A stretch of DNA of 15,941 nt from Chitinivibrionales bacterium (GTDB taxonomy: Bacteria > Fibrobacterota > Chitinivibrionia > Chitinivibrionales > WJKA01): contig WJKA01000260.1 of assembly GCA_014729375.1 (NCBI GenBank), forward strand, positions 1 to 15,941. The letters run 5' to 3'. Below are positions 1-7,121 of the stretch, piece by piece. The first letter of the stretch is position 1; every line of letters begins with the position of its first letter. A model generated the notes under the pieces. It was not told where the DNA came from and did not search any database. It saw only the letters and a program-made list of their open reading frames with translations. The translations under genes were made by a program, and so were the position numbers.

Positions 1-1
1 T

Positions 2-262
2 GTATATGGTTCTCCGCTTGTTTTAAATGATCCATACGGGTTGGGTGTCCACCCTGGCGTTTGGGTACCGATATGCTTCTGGATCATAGAAGAGAGGATC
101 AGGATCTACCGATGTCTGACAGAAGGAAATAACGAAGGTGCGCCTGAGCAATCCCCATCGAGCTTTGAAGGATGTAAAGGCTGTGACTACCATTGCTGTG
201 GAGGACTCGTGTACTCAAATAGTAGTAGATGCTGTTCCGAGTATGAAGATAAACCAAGGTAG
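2..262 (+). CDS. 3' end (partial, continues upstream of window) of an Rhs/YD-repeat polymorphic toxin: core-terminal NPxxxDPxGL-like motif followed by a 58-aa Cys-rich C-terminal tip
   Basis: The frame is open from base 2 and translates VYGSPLVLNDPYGLG-VHPGVWVPICFWIIEERIRIYRCLTEGNNEGAPEQSPSSFEGCKGCDYHCCGGLVYSNSSRCCSEYEDKPR*. SPLVLNDPYGL matches the conserved Rhs core end (NPvnwvDPlGL), after which variable toxin tips begin. The ORF track starts this ORF at 41 only because it uses TTG as a start. A YD-repeat fragment 600 bp downstream supports an Rhs locus. Confidence 0.55.
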   Translation, partial: VYGSPLVLNDPYGLGVHPGVWVPICFWIIEERIRIYRCLTEGNNEGAPEQSPSSFEGCKGCDYHCCGGLVYSNSSRCCSEYEDKPR

Positions 263-281
263 CCAAGGGGAAACTCTTTCA

Positions 282-863
282 ATGCCTAAAGATATAGAAT
301 TCAAAGGACGTTTTTGGCCTGCTTTTCTGGCGACTTCGATTATCCTGACATTAGGATTTGGAACACGTGTATTGTTTGAATTCGGTATTCCGAATCAACA
401 GGAATTGGCAATTTTTCTCCTTATTGAAATCTCTTTAATTGCATTTGCTGCACTGATATCCCTTATCCTGAGGGCTTTCTATGCTGTGAGATTGCGAAAT
501 TCCAAGATACGCCTATTCGATATGATTGGTTTGTCGACTGCGGTGCCCTTAGAATCCATCTACAGCGGGACCTTCAGGCAATTTAGATTTCTTCGCATTG
601 GGGTTCTACGGAGTGGGTACTGGCCGTTGCCTTTACTTATCATGTCCGACGTGCTGAAATCGAACAAGTTCAAGACGAGCATTCAGAATCACCCATCAAT
701 AAGCGAAAATCTTTCAGCTTTCTTTCTCGAGAACCGGTCATTTCACAATATTGCAGAGGGGCGCCATTCTGTCCCCAGGGAAAAACGACTTGAATTTGCA
801 GGAAAGTTTTTGGTTCTTCTTCTTGTGTGGGTGATAGTTGCCTTGCGAACATTGGTTCTTTAA
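282..863 (+). CDS. Hypothetical membrane protein immediately downstream of the Rhs tip; candidate cognate immunity protein (start uncertain: 138/243/282)
   Basis: The long ORF 138..863 overlaps the Rhs tail by 125 nt. The internal ATG at 282 follows AAGGGG (265-270) and lies 20 nt after the Rhs stop (260-262). The product has about 3 hydrophobic helices (FWPAFLATSIILTLGF; LAIFLLIEISLIAFAALISLIL; FLVLLLVWVIVAL). Its position matches Rhs toxin-immunity organisation. No recognisable family. Confidence 0.3.
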   Translation: MPKDIEFKGRFWPAFLATSIILTLGFGTRVLFEFGIPNQQELAIFLLIEISLIAFAALISLILRAFYAVRLRNSKIRLFDMIGLSTAVPLESIYSGTFRQFRFLRIGVLRSGYWPLPLLIMSDVLKSNKFKTSIQNHPSISENLSAFFLENRSFHNIAEGRHSVPREKRLEFAGKFLVLLLVWVIVALRTLVL

Positions 864-1075
864 TAAGGGTTACCAATCATTGTCGGATTCCGAGTCAAAT
901 TTGTAGAGTCACCTTTGGACAGATGCCGGTTGCCTTTTTGCTTTCGGCCACCGATGGCTCTTCATGGCAATACGATTCGCTGGGAAACATGATTTACAAT
1001 GACGACGGCACCGATGAATGGGATTATGAGTATTCTCCGGAAAACCGGCTTATGAGCGATAATACTATTCAATAA
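827..1075 (+). pseudogene. Orphan/decayed YD-repeat (Rhs core) fragment
   Basis: The translation contains two textbook YD-repeat motifs: WQYDSLGNMIY (xYDxxGNhh) and WDYEYSPENRLMS (YxYxxxNRL). It stops after NTIQ with no DPxGL end or toxin tip, so it is too short to be a functional Rhs protein. Confidence 0.5.
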
Positions 1076-1236
1076 TTTCAGCAAAAATGAAGTGCATATT
1101 CTGATGAATTCGTTTTGATAAAAACGCTGCAGCTCAGTGCTGTCCAAAATAAATTGAAATATCGAAAATATTTGTCATTGCAGTGAATATAGCCCGATTT
1201 TTTATCGTAATTGAATCGTAGTTTACAATCTAAGAG

Positions 1237-1414
1237 AATGGAACACGGATGCCACGGATGCGACGGATATTCACGGATTTTGCTTTTATGGTTAAGAAAA
1301 TAGAAGAAAAATGGGCCCATTCATAGAAATTGCAGCCTGATTTTCTTAACTCAGATATTTCCAGACTATTCAGATCCGTGTGAATCCGTCGCATCCGTGG
1401 CATCTGTGTTCCAT
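1237..1414. repeat. Large imperfect dyad-symmetry element: ~40-bp inverted arms (1237-1278 / 1374-1414) made of phased ACGGAT/ATCCGT units, nested inner IR (gttaagaaaat 1291-1301 / gattttcttaac 1339-1350) and central palindrome ATGGGCCCAT (1311-1320)
   Basis: Left arm: aatggaaCACGGATgcCACGGATgcgACGGATattCACGGAT. Right arm, its near reverse complement: ATCCGTgtgaATCCGTcgcATCCGTggcATCtGTgttccatt. The hexamer repeats every 9-10 bp (helical phasing). The core is AT-rich. The small ORFs on both strands here (e.g. the shared peptide SHPWHxCSIL) are artefacts of the symmetry. Confidence 0.7.
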
Positions 1415-1521
1415 TTTGGACAAGACTGGCTGCAGCTATATCTTTCATCATGTGAAAGACCCGGTTCCGTATGCTATTTTTCCCTCTGATGAAAGCAGTT
1501 CTCCATCGGATTCCCGATTTC

Positions 1522-2931
1522 TCAATCCGGCTTCTGTGTCTCTTCAAGAAATTCGATATACAAGCGGTAATTTACCACATGCCGCTTGACAATGAATGTC
1601 GCTCCTGCTCTCAGGAGGATTGTGAAGAACCCGTAACGCAGCACCCGTTTGAAATCCCATACCAGGGCATCAAGTACAATATTTGCAACAAGCATCAATC
1701 CTTCAATAGAAACGCGCCACAACGAGTAGAATGTGCGGTACGCATTCAGCACGTCTTCCTGAAGCATCCAGGGACTGATTGATTTTGGCTGAAAAACAAG
1801 AAACATGCCGTTAAAATATTCCCACCGTGTATGATAGAGACGGTGTTCACCGCATATTTTCTCGTAGAGACGGGTCCCGGGAAACGGCGTAAGGATCATA
1901 AACTGCACGGTGTCGATATGGTGACGGAGCGCAAAATCAACTGTCTCATGGATCGTCTCTCGCGTATCATTGTCTTCACCAAACATGAACATGCCATGAA
2001 TGCTTATCCCTTTTTTATGGATAATATCGATCGCATTTTCTATATCGCTTTTTGTCTGCGATTTGTGAAGCGCTTTAAGGGTGGCATCGTTGATCGATTC
2101 GAATCCGATAAAAAAGAACCGGCACCCGGTCTGTTCCATGCGCTCAATCATTTCCGGATCTCTGGAAATGTCCGACCGTACCTGCGCAGTCCAGGTGATA
2201 TCGAGATTCTCCTGTTCGATCAGATCACAGAGGCGTTGAATACGGTTCCTGTTTGCCGTGAAATTATCATCATAAAAGAAAATATCGCGGGTTGTAAAAT
2301 AGCGCAGCGCATGCCTGATCTCCCGGACAATCCGCTCAGCAGACTGCATGCGGAATTTTTTCCCAAAAATTTTTGTCACCGTGCAGAAGTTGCAGTCGAA
2401 CGGACAGCCGCGGGAGGTCATTACAGGAATAATAGCCATCGATTCGACACCTTCAAGAAGTGAATATTCCACCAGCGGAAGGTTTTCGATATTGTCGATC
2501 GGCCTGCCCCCTATGATTTTTTCTTCATGATCGCGCTCGATAATATCAACAATATTGCCCTCAGCTTCGCCCGTCACCACCGTATCGGCTACTTCAACGA
2601 AATCTTCAGGTACCAGCGATGCGTGAATTCCACCCACAATCACTCTGGATTCCGGGTACACTTTTTTTATCTGATATGCCAGAAGCTTGGCCCTGTTTGC
2701 ACTCACAGTCAATGCTGATAAACAGTAAACATCCGCCTTAATTGTAAAAGGATCAATTTTCCGTGAGAGAATGTTTTCATTGTATATTTTTACCGAATAT
2801 CCGGCATTATGAAGGATTGTTCCGAGATACAGGCAGCCTGTCAAGGGAAGACGCATGTAATTTTCAAAGACATTTGTCTCCGCGCCCGACGGTTCGATAA
2901 AGGCAATCCTTCTGGCATGCCCGGAATTCAT
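1522..2931 (-). CDS. B12-binding (class B) radical SAM protein
   Basis: An N-terminal cobalamin-binding domain (RIAFIEPSGAETNVF..., VIVGGIHASLVPEDF) is followed by a radical SAM core with CPFDCNFC (CxxxCxxC) and a glycine-rich SAM motif (FFIGFES). No SPASM-type extra Cys cluster is present. Start chosen at ATG 2931-2929 (MNSGHARRIAF), which overlaps the upstream gene's stop as ATGA. The track ORF extends 88 codons further, and I read those as non-coding. Confidence 0.85.
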   Translation of the reverse strand: MNSGHARRIAFIEPSGAETNVFENYMRLPLTGCLYLGTILHNAGYSVKIYNENILSRKIDPFTIKADVYCLSALTVSANRAKLLAYQIKKVYPESRVIVGGIHASLVPEDFVEVADTVVTGEAEGNIVDIIERDHEEKIIGGRPIDNIENLPLVEYSLLEGVESMAIIPVMTSRGCPFDCNFCTVTKIFGKKFRMQSAERIVREIRHALRYFTTRDIFFYDDNFTANRNRIQRLCDLIEQENLDITWTAQVRSDISRDPEMIERMEQTGCRFFFIGFESINDATLKALHKSQTKSDIENAIDIIHKKGISIHGMFMFGEDNDTRETIHETVDFALRHHIDTVQFMILTPFPGTRLYEKICGEHRLYHTRWEYFNGMFLVFQPKSISPWMLQEDVLNAYRTFYSLWRVSIEGLMLVANIVLDALVWDFKRVLRYGFFTILLRAGATFIVKRHVVNYRLYIEFLEETQKPD

Positions 2932-3413
2932 CGTGCCCGTTCCGCTATGAGAATGCTTGCGCCCGTAAAAATAAAAACAGTCCACCACAGTTGGGTGCTG
3001 AAAGAAAAGACAAGGATAAATACCGCGGAAATGGAAAGAAGCAGCAGTCCGGTCAAAAGAAAAATATAGCTTTTTCTGCAGAGAAAAAACGCCGCGAAAA
3101 AGGCCAATCCTAAAAAGCCGATAAAAAACGGCCATAAATCCGAAAGAACGGACCATGAGGAAAAATTCGCATACAAGGCCAATCCACTGAAACATACAAG
3201 GTAAATGCCGGGAATAAGATATCCCGGCTCTTGTCTTCCGCGGGCGCTGAATATACCAAGAAATCCAATACCAAGTACGGTTATTATCAAAGGCCAGAGT
3301 TTGTGAATGAATGAAAGCGGAGTAAATGCTTCAACGGCAAGAAGAATGCCAATTGCTATCAATAAAAATGCAAATCGGCCGTTACGACGGGCTTTTTCGT
3401 GGACCTGGTCCAT
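2928..3413 (-). CDS. Small polytopic membrane protein (about 5 TM helices), translationally coupled to the radical SAM gene
   Basis: Start ATG 3413-3411 is preceded by GAGGT with a 5-nt spacer. The protein MDQVHEKARRNGRFAFLLIAIGILLAVEAF... is almost entirely hydrophobic helices. The stop TGA 2930-2928 overlaps the rSAM ATG (ATGA). Confidence 0.65.
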   Translation of the reverse strand: MDQVHEKARRNGRFAFLLIAIGILLAVEAFTPLSFIHKLWPLIITVLGIGFLGIFSARGRQEPGYLIPGIYLVCFSGLALYANFSSWSVLSDLWPFFIGFLGLAFFAAFFLCRKSYIFLLTGLLLLSISAVFILVFSFSTQLWWTVFIFTGASILIAERAR

Positions 3414-3450
3414 AGTGTACCTCAAAAATATCCTGTGTGTTCTACTAATA

Positions 3451-3479
3451 CAATATAACATATATTCATTGCATTTTGA
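3451..3479 (-). promoter_or_regulatory. Sigma70-like promoter for the membrane-protein/rSAM operon (TTCAAA-17-TATATT on minus strand)
   Basis: On the minus strand: TTCAAA (3479-3474), a 17-nt spacer, then TATATT (3456-3451). This lies about 40 nt upstream of the ATG at 3413. Confidence 0.5.
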
Positions 3480-3487
3480 AAAAACTC

Positions 3488-3516
3488 TTGACACCAACCC
3501 GAAAAAGTGCTATATT
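3488..3516 (+). promoter_or_regulatory. Near-consensus sigma70 promoter for the GntR-led operon (TTGACA-17-TATATT)
   Basis: TTGACA at 3488-3493, a 17-nt spacer, TATATT at 3511-3516. This lies about 45 nt upstream of the GntR ATG and back-to-back with the divergent promoter. Confidence 0.6.
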
Positions 3517-3523
3517 TATGGTG

Positions 3524-3546
3524 TAATAGTTAACTATGACAATAGT
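3524..3546. promoter_or_regulatory. Candidate GntR/YtrA operator: 16-bp near-palindrome TAATAGTTAACTATGA plus repeated (C/T)AATAGT half-site
   Basis: The two halves are 7/8 symmetric around TT|AA (3531/3532). The half-site AATAGT recurs at 3525 and 3541. The element sits between the + promoter -10 and the GntR start codon, consistent with autoregulation. Confidence 0.4.
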
Positions 3547-3562
3547 ATAACAGGAATCTCGC

Positions 3563-3964
3563 ATGGCATTCTCTTTTATGCTGAGCAATTCAAGCGGCGT
3601 GCCGTTCTACCGCCAGATCGTTAACCAGGTTATCTACGGCGTTGCCAATGGTATGCTCAAGCCGGGCGAGCGCCTGCCCACGGTACGCCGGCTCGCGGTG
3701 GACCTCCAGGTCAACCTCAATACAATCGCCAAAGCCTATAGCGAGCTCGAGTTGCGGGGCATTCTCAACACGCAGCAGGGCACCGGTACTTTTGTGTCCG
3801 ATAACAATGAAGGGATTGATCCCGGAGAAAAAGAAAAGGAAATAGAGCGCCTGTGCAGCAGGTTTCTTGATGAGGTTGCTGCGATGGGGGCGCGATCGGG
3901 CGATGCAATTGCGGTGCTCAGAAAAATCGAAAATAAACGGAAAAAAGCGACAAGGGGGACTTGA
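3563..3964 (+). CDS. GntR-family transcriptional regulator, short YtrA-like subtype (133 aa)
   Basis: N-terminal winged-HTH typical of GntR: PGERLPTVRRLAVDLQVNLNTIAKAYSELELRGIL. The short C-terminal tail resembles the YtrA subfamily. RBS AGGAA lies 6 nt upstream. Confidence 0.85.
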   Translation: MAFSFMLSNSSGVPFYRQIVNQVIYGVANGMLKPGERLPTVRRLAVDLQVNLNTIAKAYSELELRGILNTQQGTGTFVSDNNEGIDPGEKEKEIERLCSRFLDEVAAMGARSGDAIAVLRKIENKRKKATRGT

Positions 3965-3967
3965 CCA

Positions 3968-4942
3968 ATGGCTAAAACTGCCGACACATATCACGAGCGA
4001 CAGGAATTCAATCCAATGCTCTGGACAATCCGCAAACAACTGTTTGCGCTCCGCCGGTACGCTCTCAACAGCATACTGCTTGTCTGTTCAATCGCAGCGT
4101 TTATCATGTTCAGGCGCACCGGACTGTTTCCGGTATGGATCCAGTCCGCCGCTACTATTCTGTTGCTGTATATCACGTTTTCAATCCGTATCGCGTTTGA
4201 GTGGGAACGTGTCCCTGTTCTTCGTCTTGGAAAACACATTACAACAAAAGGTCCGGGCCTCTTTTTTCTCATTCCTGTTCTGGATATCCCTTATGATTAT
4301 GTTGATTGCCGAATCATGGTAACAGATTTCTCGGCCGAGAAAGTGCTGACAAAAGATGCGGTGCCTGTTTTTGTCGATGCCATAATTTTCTGGATGATCT
4401 GGGACGCGGGCAAGGCAAAGCTCGAGGTCGAGAATTACCGCAATGCAGTCCCGTTAAGCGCCAAGACCGCGCTCCGGGACATTATCGGCAAGACCACCCT
4501 GGCCCGGCTGTTGACGGACCGTGATGAAATCGGACAGGAGCTCCAGAAAATTCTGGATGCCAGGACCAACCCCTGGGGAATCACATCGCTGTCGGTCGAA
4601 ATAAAAGACATTGTCCTTCCCCGGGAACTCGAGGATTCCATGAGCAGGGAAGCGCAGGCCGAACGGGAGCGAAACGCACGGGTGATCCTCGGCTCCGCGG
4701 AAATCGATCTTGCGGAAAAATATTCCCGGGCATCTGAAAAATATAAAAACAACAGCGAAGCATTGACTCTGAGATCGCTCAACCTGTTGCTTGACGCAGT
4801 AAAAAACAGAGGCTCAATGATCCTGGTGCCTTCAGAAGTACCGCACCTGATGAACAAAGCGGTGGCAGCGGCCCTGGCAAAAAAAAACGGCCCGGGCGGT
4901 TCGGACCCGCTGGAAAACCTCGACACCGAAACGGAGTCATGA
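3968..4942 (+). CDS. Stomatin/SPFH (band 7) family membrane protein
   Basis: N-terminal hydrophobic segments are followed by an SPFH domain carrying the stomatin signature TNPWGITSLSVEIKDIVLPRELEDSM (T..WGI.v..VEIkDI.lP), then a charged/coiled C-terminus. The start lies 4 nt after the GntR stop. Confidence 0.85.
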   Translation: MAKTADTYHERQEFNPMLWTIRKQLFALRRYALNSILLVCSIAAFIMFRRTGLFPVWIQSAATILLLYITFSIRIAFEWERVPVLRLGKHITTKGPGLFFLIPVLDIPYDYVDCRIMVTDFSAEKVLTKDAVPVFVDAIIFWMIWDAGKAKLEVENYRNAVPLSAKTALRDIIGKTTLARLLTDRDEIGQELQKILDARTNPWGITSLSVEIKDIVLPRELEDSMSREAQAERERNARVILGSAEIDLAEKYSRASEKYKNNSEALTLRSLNLLLDAVKNRGSMILVPSEVPHLMNKAVAAALAKKNGPGGSDPLENLDTETES

Positions 4943-4943
4943 C

Positions 4944-5144
4944 ATGGATACAGTAGCTGAAATGCCGGTATCGTGCCCGGCTGCACCGCAAAACAATACT
5001 CTCGAAAATCGTTTTCTGATTATGCACATGGTACGCTTTGCACAGTCATTGCAGGGGACCCGCGCCAACCTGCCCGCGTATGGACCGGTTATGACAAAAA
5101 GCGACATGGGTGAAGAAAACAGAAACCACCAAAGGAGCTCATAA
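4944..5144 (+). CDS. Possible small protein (66 aa) translationally coupled between the SPFH and ABC ATPase genes
   Basis: The ATG at 4944 is preceded by GGAG (4933-4936). Its stop TAA (5142-5144) overlaps the ABC ATG (TAATG). No recognisable domain or TM. It could instead be a 200-nt intergenic spacer holding the strong AAAGGAG RBS of the ATPase. Confidence 0.3.
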   Translation: MDTVAEMPVSCPAAPQNNTLENRFLIMHMVRFAQSLQGTRANLPAYGPVMTKSDMGEENRNHQRSS

Positions 5145-5836
5145 TGGCTTTACTGGAATTACAGGAGATCACAAAGACGTTTCAGAAAGGCGAGCGTGAG
5201 GTCCATGCACTGCGCGGGATCGACCTGCTTGTAGACAAAGGAGAATTCCTCGCCATCGTCGGGCCGTCTGGAAGCGGCAAAACTACGCTGCTCAATATTG
5301 TCGGCTGCCTCGATACGCCGTCAGGAGGCAATATCGTATACAACGGCGGGGACCTCGGTGCGATGAATGAGCGGGAGCTTTCGGGATATCGCAAGAAAAA
5401 TATCGCGTTCATATTTCAGTCGTACAATCTTATTCCGGTGCTTACGGTACAGGAAAACGTGGAGCTTCCGCTGGTTATCGAAAAAACTCAGAGCAAAAAC
5501 GAGATGACGAGGCGGTCGCTGGAAATAATTGATACCGTCGGATTAAAGGGTATGGCCGATCGTCTGCCGCGCGAGCTTTCAGGCGGACAGGAGCAGCGCG
5601 TAGCAATTGCCCGCGCTCTTGTTAAAAATCCCCTGGTCGTTCTCGCCGATGAACCCACTGCGAACCTTGATTCGCATACGGCCGAAGACATCATGTCGGT
5701 TATGGAAAAAATGAACCGCGACCTTAATACAACGTTCATTTTCTCAACGCATGACAAGATGGTGCAGGAGCACGCAAAAAGAGTAATTATGCTTCATGAC
5801 GGGCAGGTGTCGTCGGATGAAAGGAAGCAGACATGA
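5144..5836 (+). CDS. ABC transporter ATP-binding protein, LolD/MacB/FtsE-type
   Basis: Walker A GPSGSGKTT; Q-loop; ABC signature LSGGQEQRVAIARAL; Walker B VVLADEPTANLD; H-loop STHD. Perfect SD AAAGGAG lies 6 nt upstream. Confidence 0.95.
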   Translation: MALLELQEITKTFQKGEREVHALRGIDLLVDKGEFLAIVGPSGSGKTTLLNIVGCLDTPSGGNIVYNGGDLGAMNERELSGYRKKNIAFIFQSYNLIPVLTVQENVELPLVIEKTQSKNEMTRRSLEIIDTVGLKGMADRLPRELSGGQEQRVAIARALVKNPLVVLADEPTANLDSHTAEDIMSVMEKMNRDLNTTFIFSTHDKMVQEHAKRVIMLHDGQVSSDERKQT

Positions 5837-7086
5837 ATATGATTGCGCGTATTGCTTTTCGTAATATTATGCGCCACAAACGCCGTACCATTACCTCCGC
5901 GATCACCATCGCCGTGGGAATATGGTTCTATACGTTTATGGATTCGGTGATGGCCGGTCTTGACCGGGGCGGTATCGATAATATGATAGAACTGACGACT
6001 TCCGCGGTGAAAGTGCATACCAGCGCTTACCAGGAGGACAAAGAAGCATTCCCGCTCGACCACGGTATCCGGAACATGAGAAAACTGCGCAAGCTTCTCT
6101 CCGGCAATCCCCGAATAGCCGGAATTGCCCCGCGAACACGATTTATCGGACAGCTCTCCAACTACACCGAGGAAATACCGGTTATCGGAACGGTTATCGA
6201 CCCGGACCTTGACAGCTCGGTCTTTTCACTGGTTTCATACCTGGAAGGCGATTATTTTTCAGCCGGAAGCAGTCGTGAAATAATACTCGGTAAGGATCTC
6301 GCCGAAGAAATGGGAGTGGATATCGGCGGCTATATCACGCTGTATGCACTCACGCGGTACGAGAGCCGCAATGCCGATGAGTTCAAAGTAGCGGGAGTCC
6401 TGAAAACAACCGATCCTGAGCTTAACCGGAGTTCGGTGATGATATCATATGCCGCGGCAAATGAGTTCCTTGACCTGGAAGGACTTGTTACCGAAGCGAA
6501 TGTCGGGCTTATGCGCCGCGTTAATCTCAAAGACATGAAAAATGACGCACGCAAAGTAAAGGAACGGATCGAAACGACGTTTCCCGGTCTTGAACCCTCA
6601 ACCTTTATGGAGCTTGCGGCGGGATTTCTGGAGCTTGCAAAGAGTAAACGCGCGTTCGGTGTTGTCTTCCTGCTGATCCTGCTGGTTATTGCCGCCGTGG
6701 GCATATTCAACTCGGTCCTTATGAGTGTGTATGAACGCATACGTGAAGTCGGCGTGCTTCGTGCCCATGGAATGAAATCCGGCGAGGTATCGGCCATGTT
6801 TGTACTGGAAGGTTTTATGACAGGAGTGCTTGGCTCGATTTTCGGCCTTGTGCTGGGTATTGCAACGAATCTCGTTCTGGTCACGTATGGCTATCCGATC
6901 GACAAGATAGCCGGCGATGTAGTTGTTGACGGTTTCCCGGTCTGGGGCACTATTTACGGAGAGTGGAACAGCGCAACCATGGTTTTTTTGTTTTTCTTCG
7001 GGATTGCCGTTGCTACCGTTGCCGGGATTATTCCCGCGCGCAAGGCGGGTAAAATGGAAGTAACCCATGCACTGAGGTTTGTTTGA
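5833..7086 (+). CDS. ABC transporter permease, FtsX/MacB/LolC-E type (TM1 + large periplasmic domain + 3 C-terminal TMs)
   Basis: The ATG overlaps the ATPase stop (ATGA). The N-terminus IAFRNIMRHKRRTITSAITIAVGI is typical of this family, followed by a roughly 230-aa extracytoplasmic domain and a C-terminal FtsX 3-helix bundle. Confidence 0.9.
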   Translation: MNMIARIAFRNIMRHKRRTITSAITIAVGIWFYTFMDSVMAGLDRGGIDNMIELTTSAVKVHTSAYQEDKEAFPLDHGIRNMRKLRKLLSGNPRIAGIAPRTRFIGQLSNYTEEIPVIGTVIDPDLDSSVFSLVSYLEGDYFSAGSSREIILGKDLAEEMGVDIGGYITLYALTRYESRNADEFKVAGVLKTTDPELNRSSVMISYAAANEFLDLEGLVTEANVGLMRRVNLKDMKNDARKVKERIETTFPGLEPSTFMELAAGFLELAKSKRAFGVVFLLILLVIAAVGIFNSVLMSVYERIREVGVLRAHGMKSGEVSAMFVLEGFMTGVLGSIFGLVLGIATNLVLVTYGYPIDKIAGDVVVDGFPVWGTIYGEWNSATMVFLFFFGIAVATVAGIIPARKAGKMEVTHALRFV

Positions 7087-7121
7087 ACCCTCGTGCAAAA
7101 ATACATTGAAAAGGAAAATAC

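Noticed and set aside
138-281. Upstream part of the 241-aa ORF 138..863
   Set aside because: It would overlap the Rhs tail by 125 nt in another frame. The downstream ATG at 282 (or 243) with a purine-rich RBS is more plausible, though the whole ORF remains low-confidence.
1078-1589. Small ORFs 1078..1320(-), 1230..1547(-), 1380..1589(+)
   Set aside because: They are generated by the dyad-symmetric repeat (both strands encode the same SHPWHxCSIL peptide) and lie in AT-rich sequence without RBSs. They are artefacts of the inverted repeat.
1831-2718. Plus-strand ORFs 1471..1782, 1831..2463, 2348..2530, 2527..2718, 2809..3069
   Set aside because: All are antisense to the radical SAM and membrane-protein genes and have no domain signatures.
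2932-3195. N-terminal 88-codon extension of the radical SAM ORF in the track (MFQWIGLV...)
   Set aside because: It overlaps the upstream membrane-protein gene in another frame. The internal ATG at 2931 forms an ATGA overlap with that gene's stop and starts exactly at the B12-binding domain. The extension is probably not translated.
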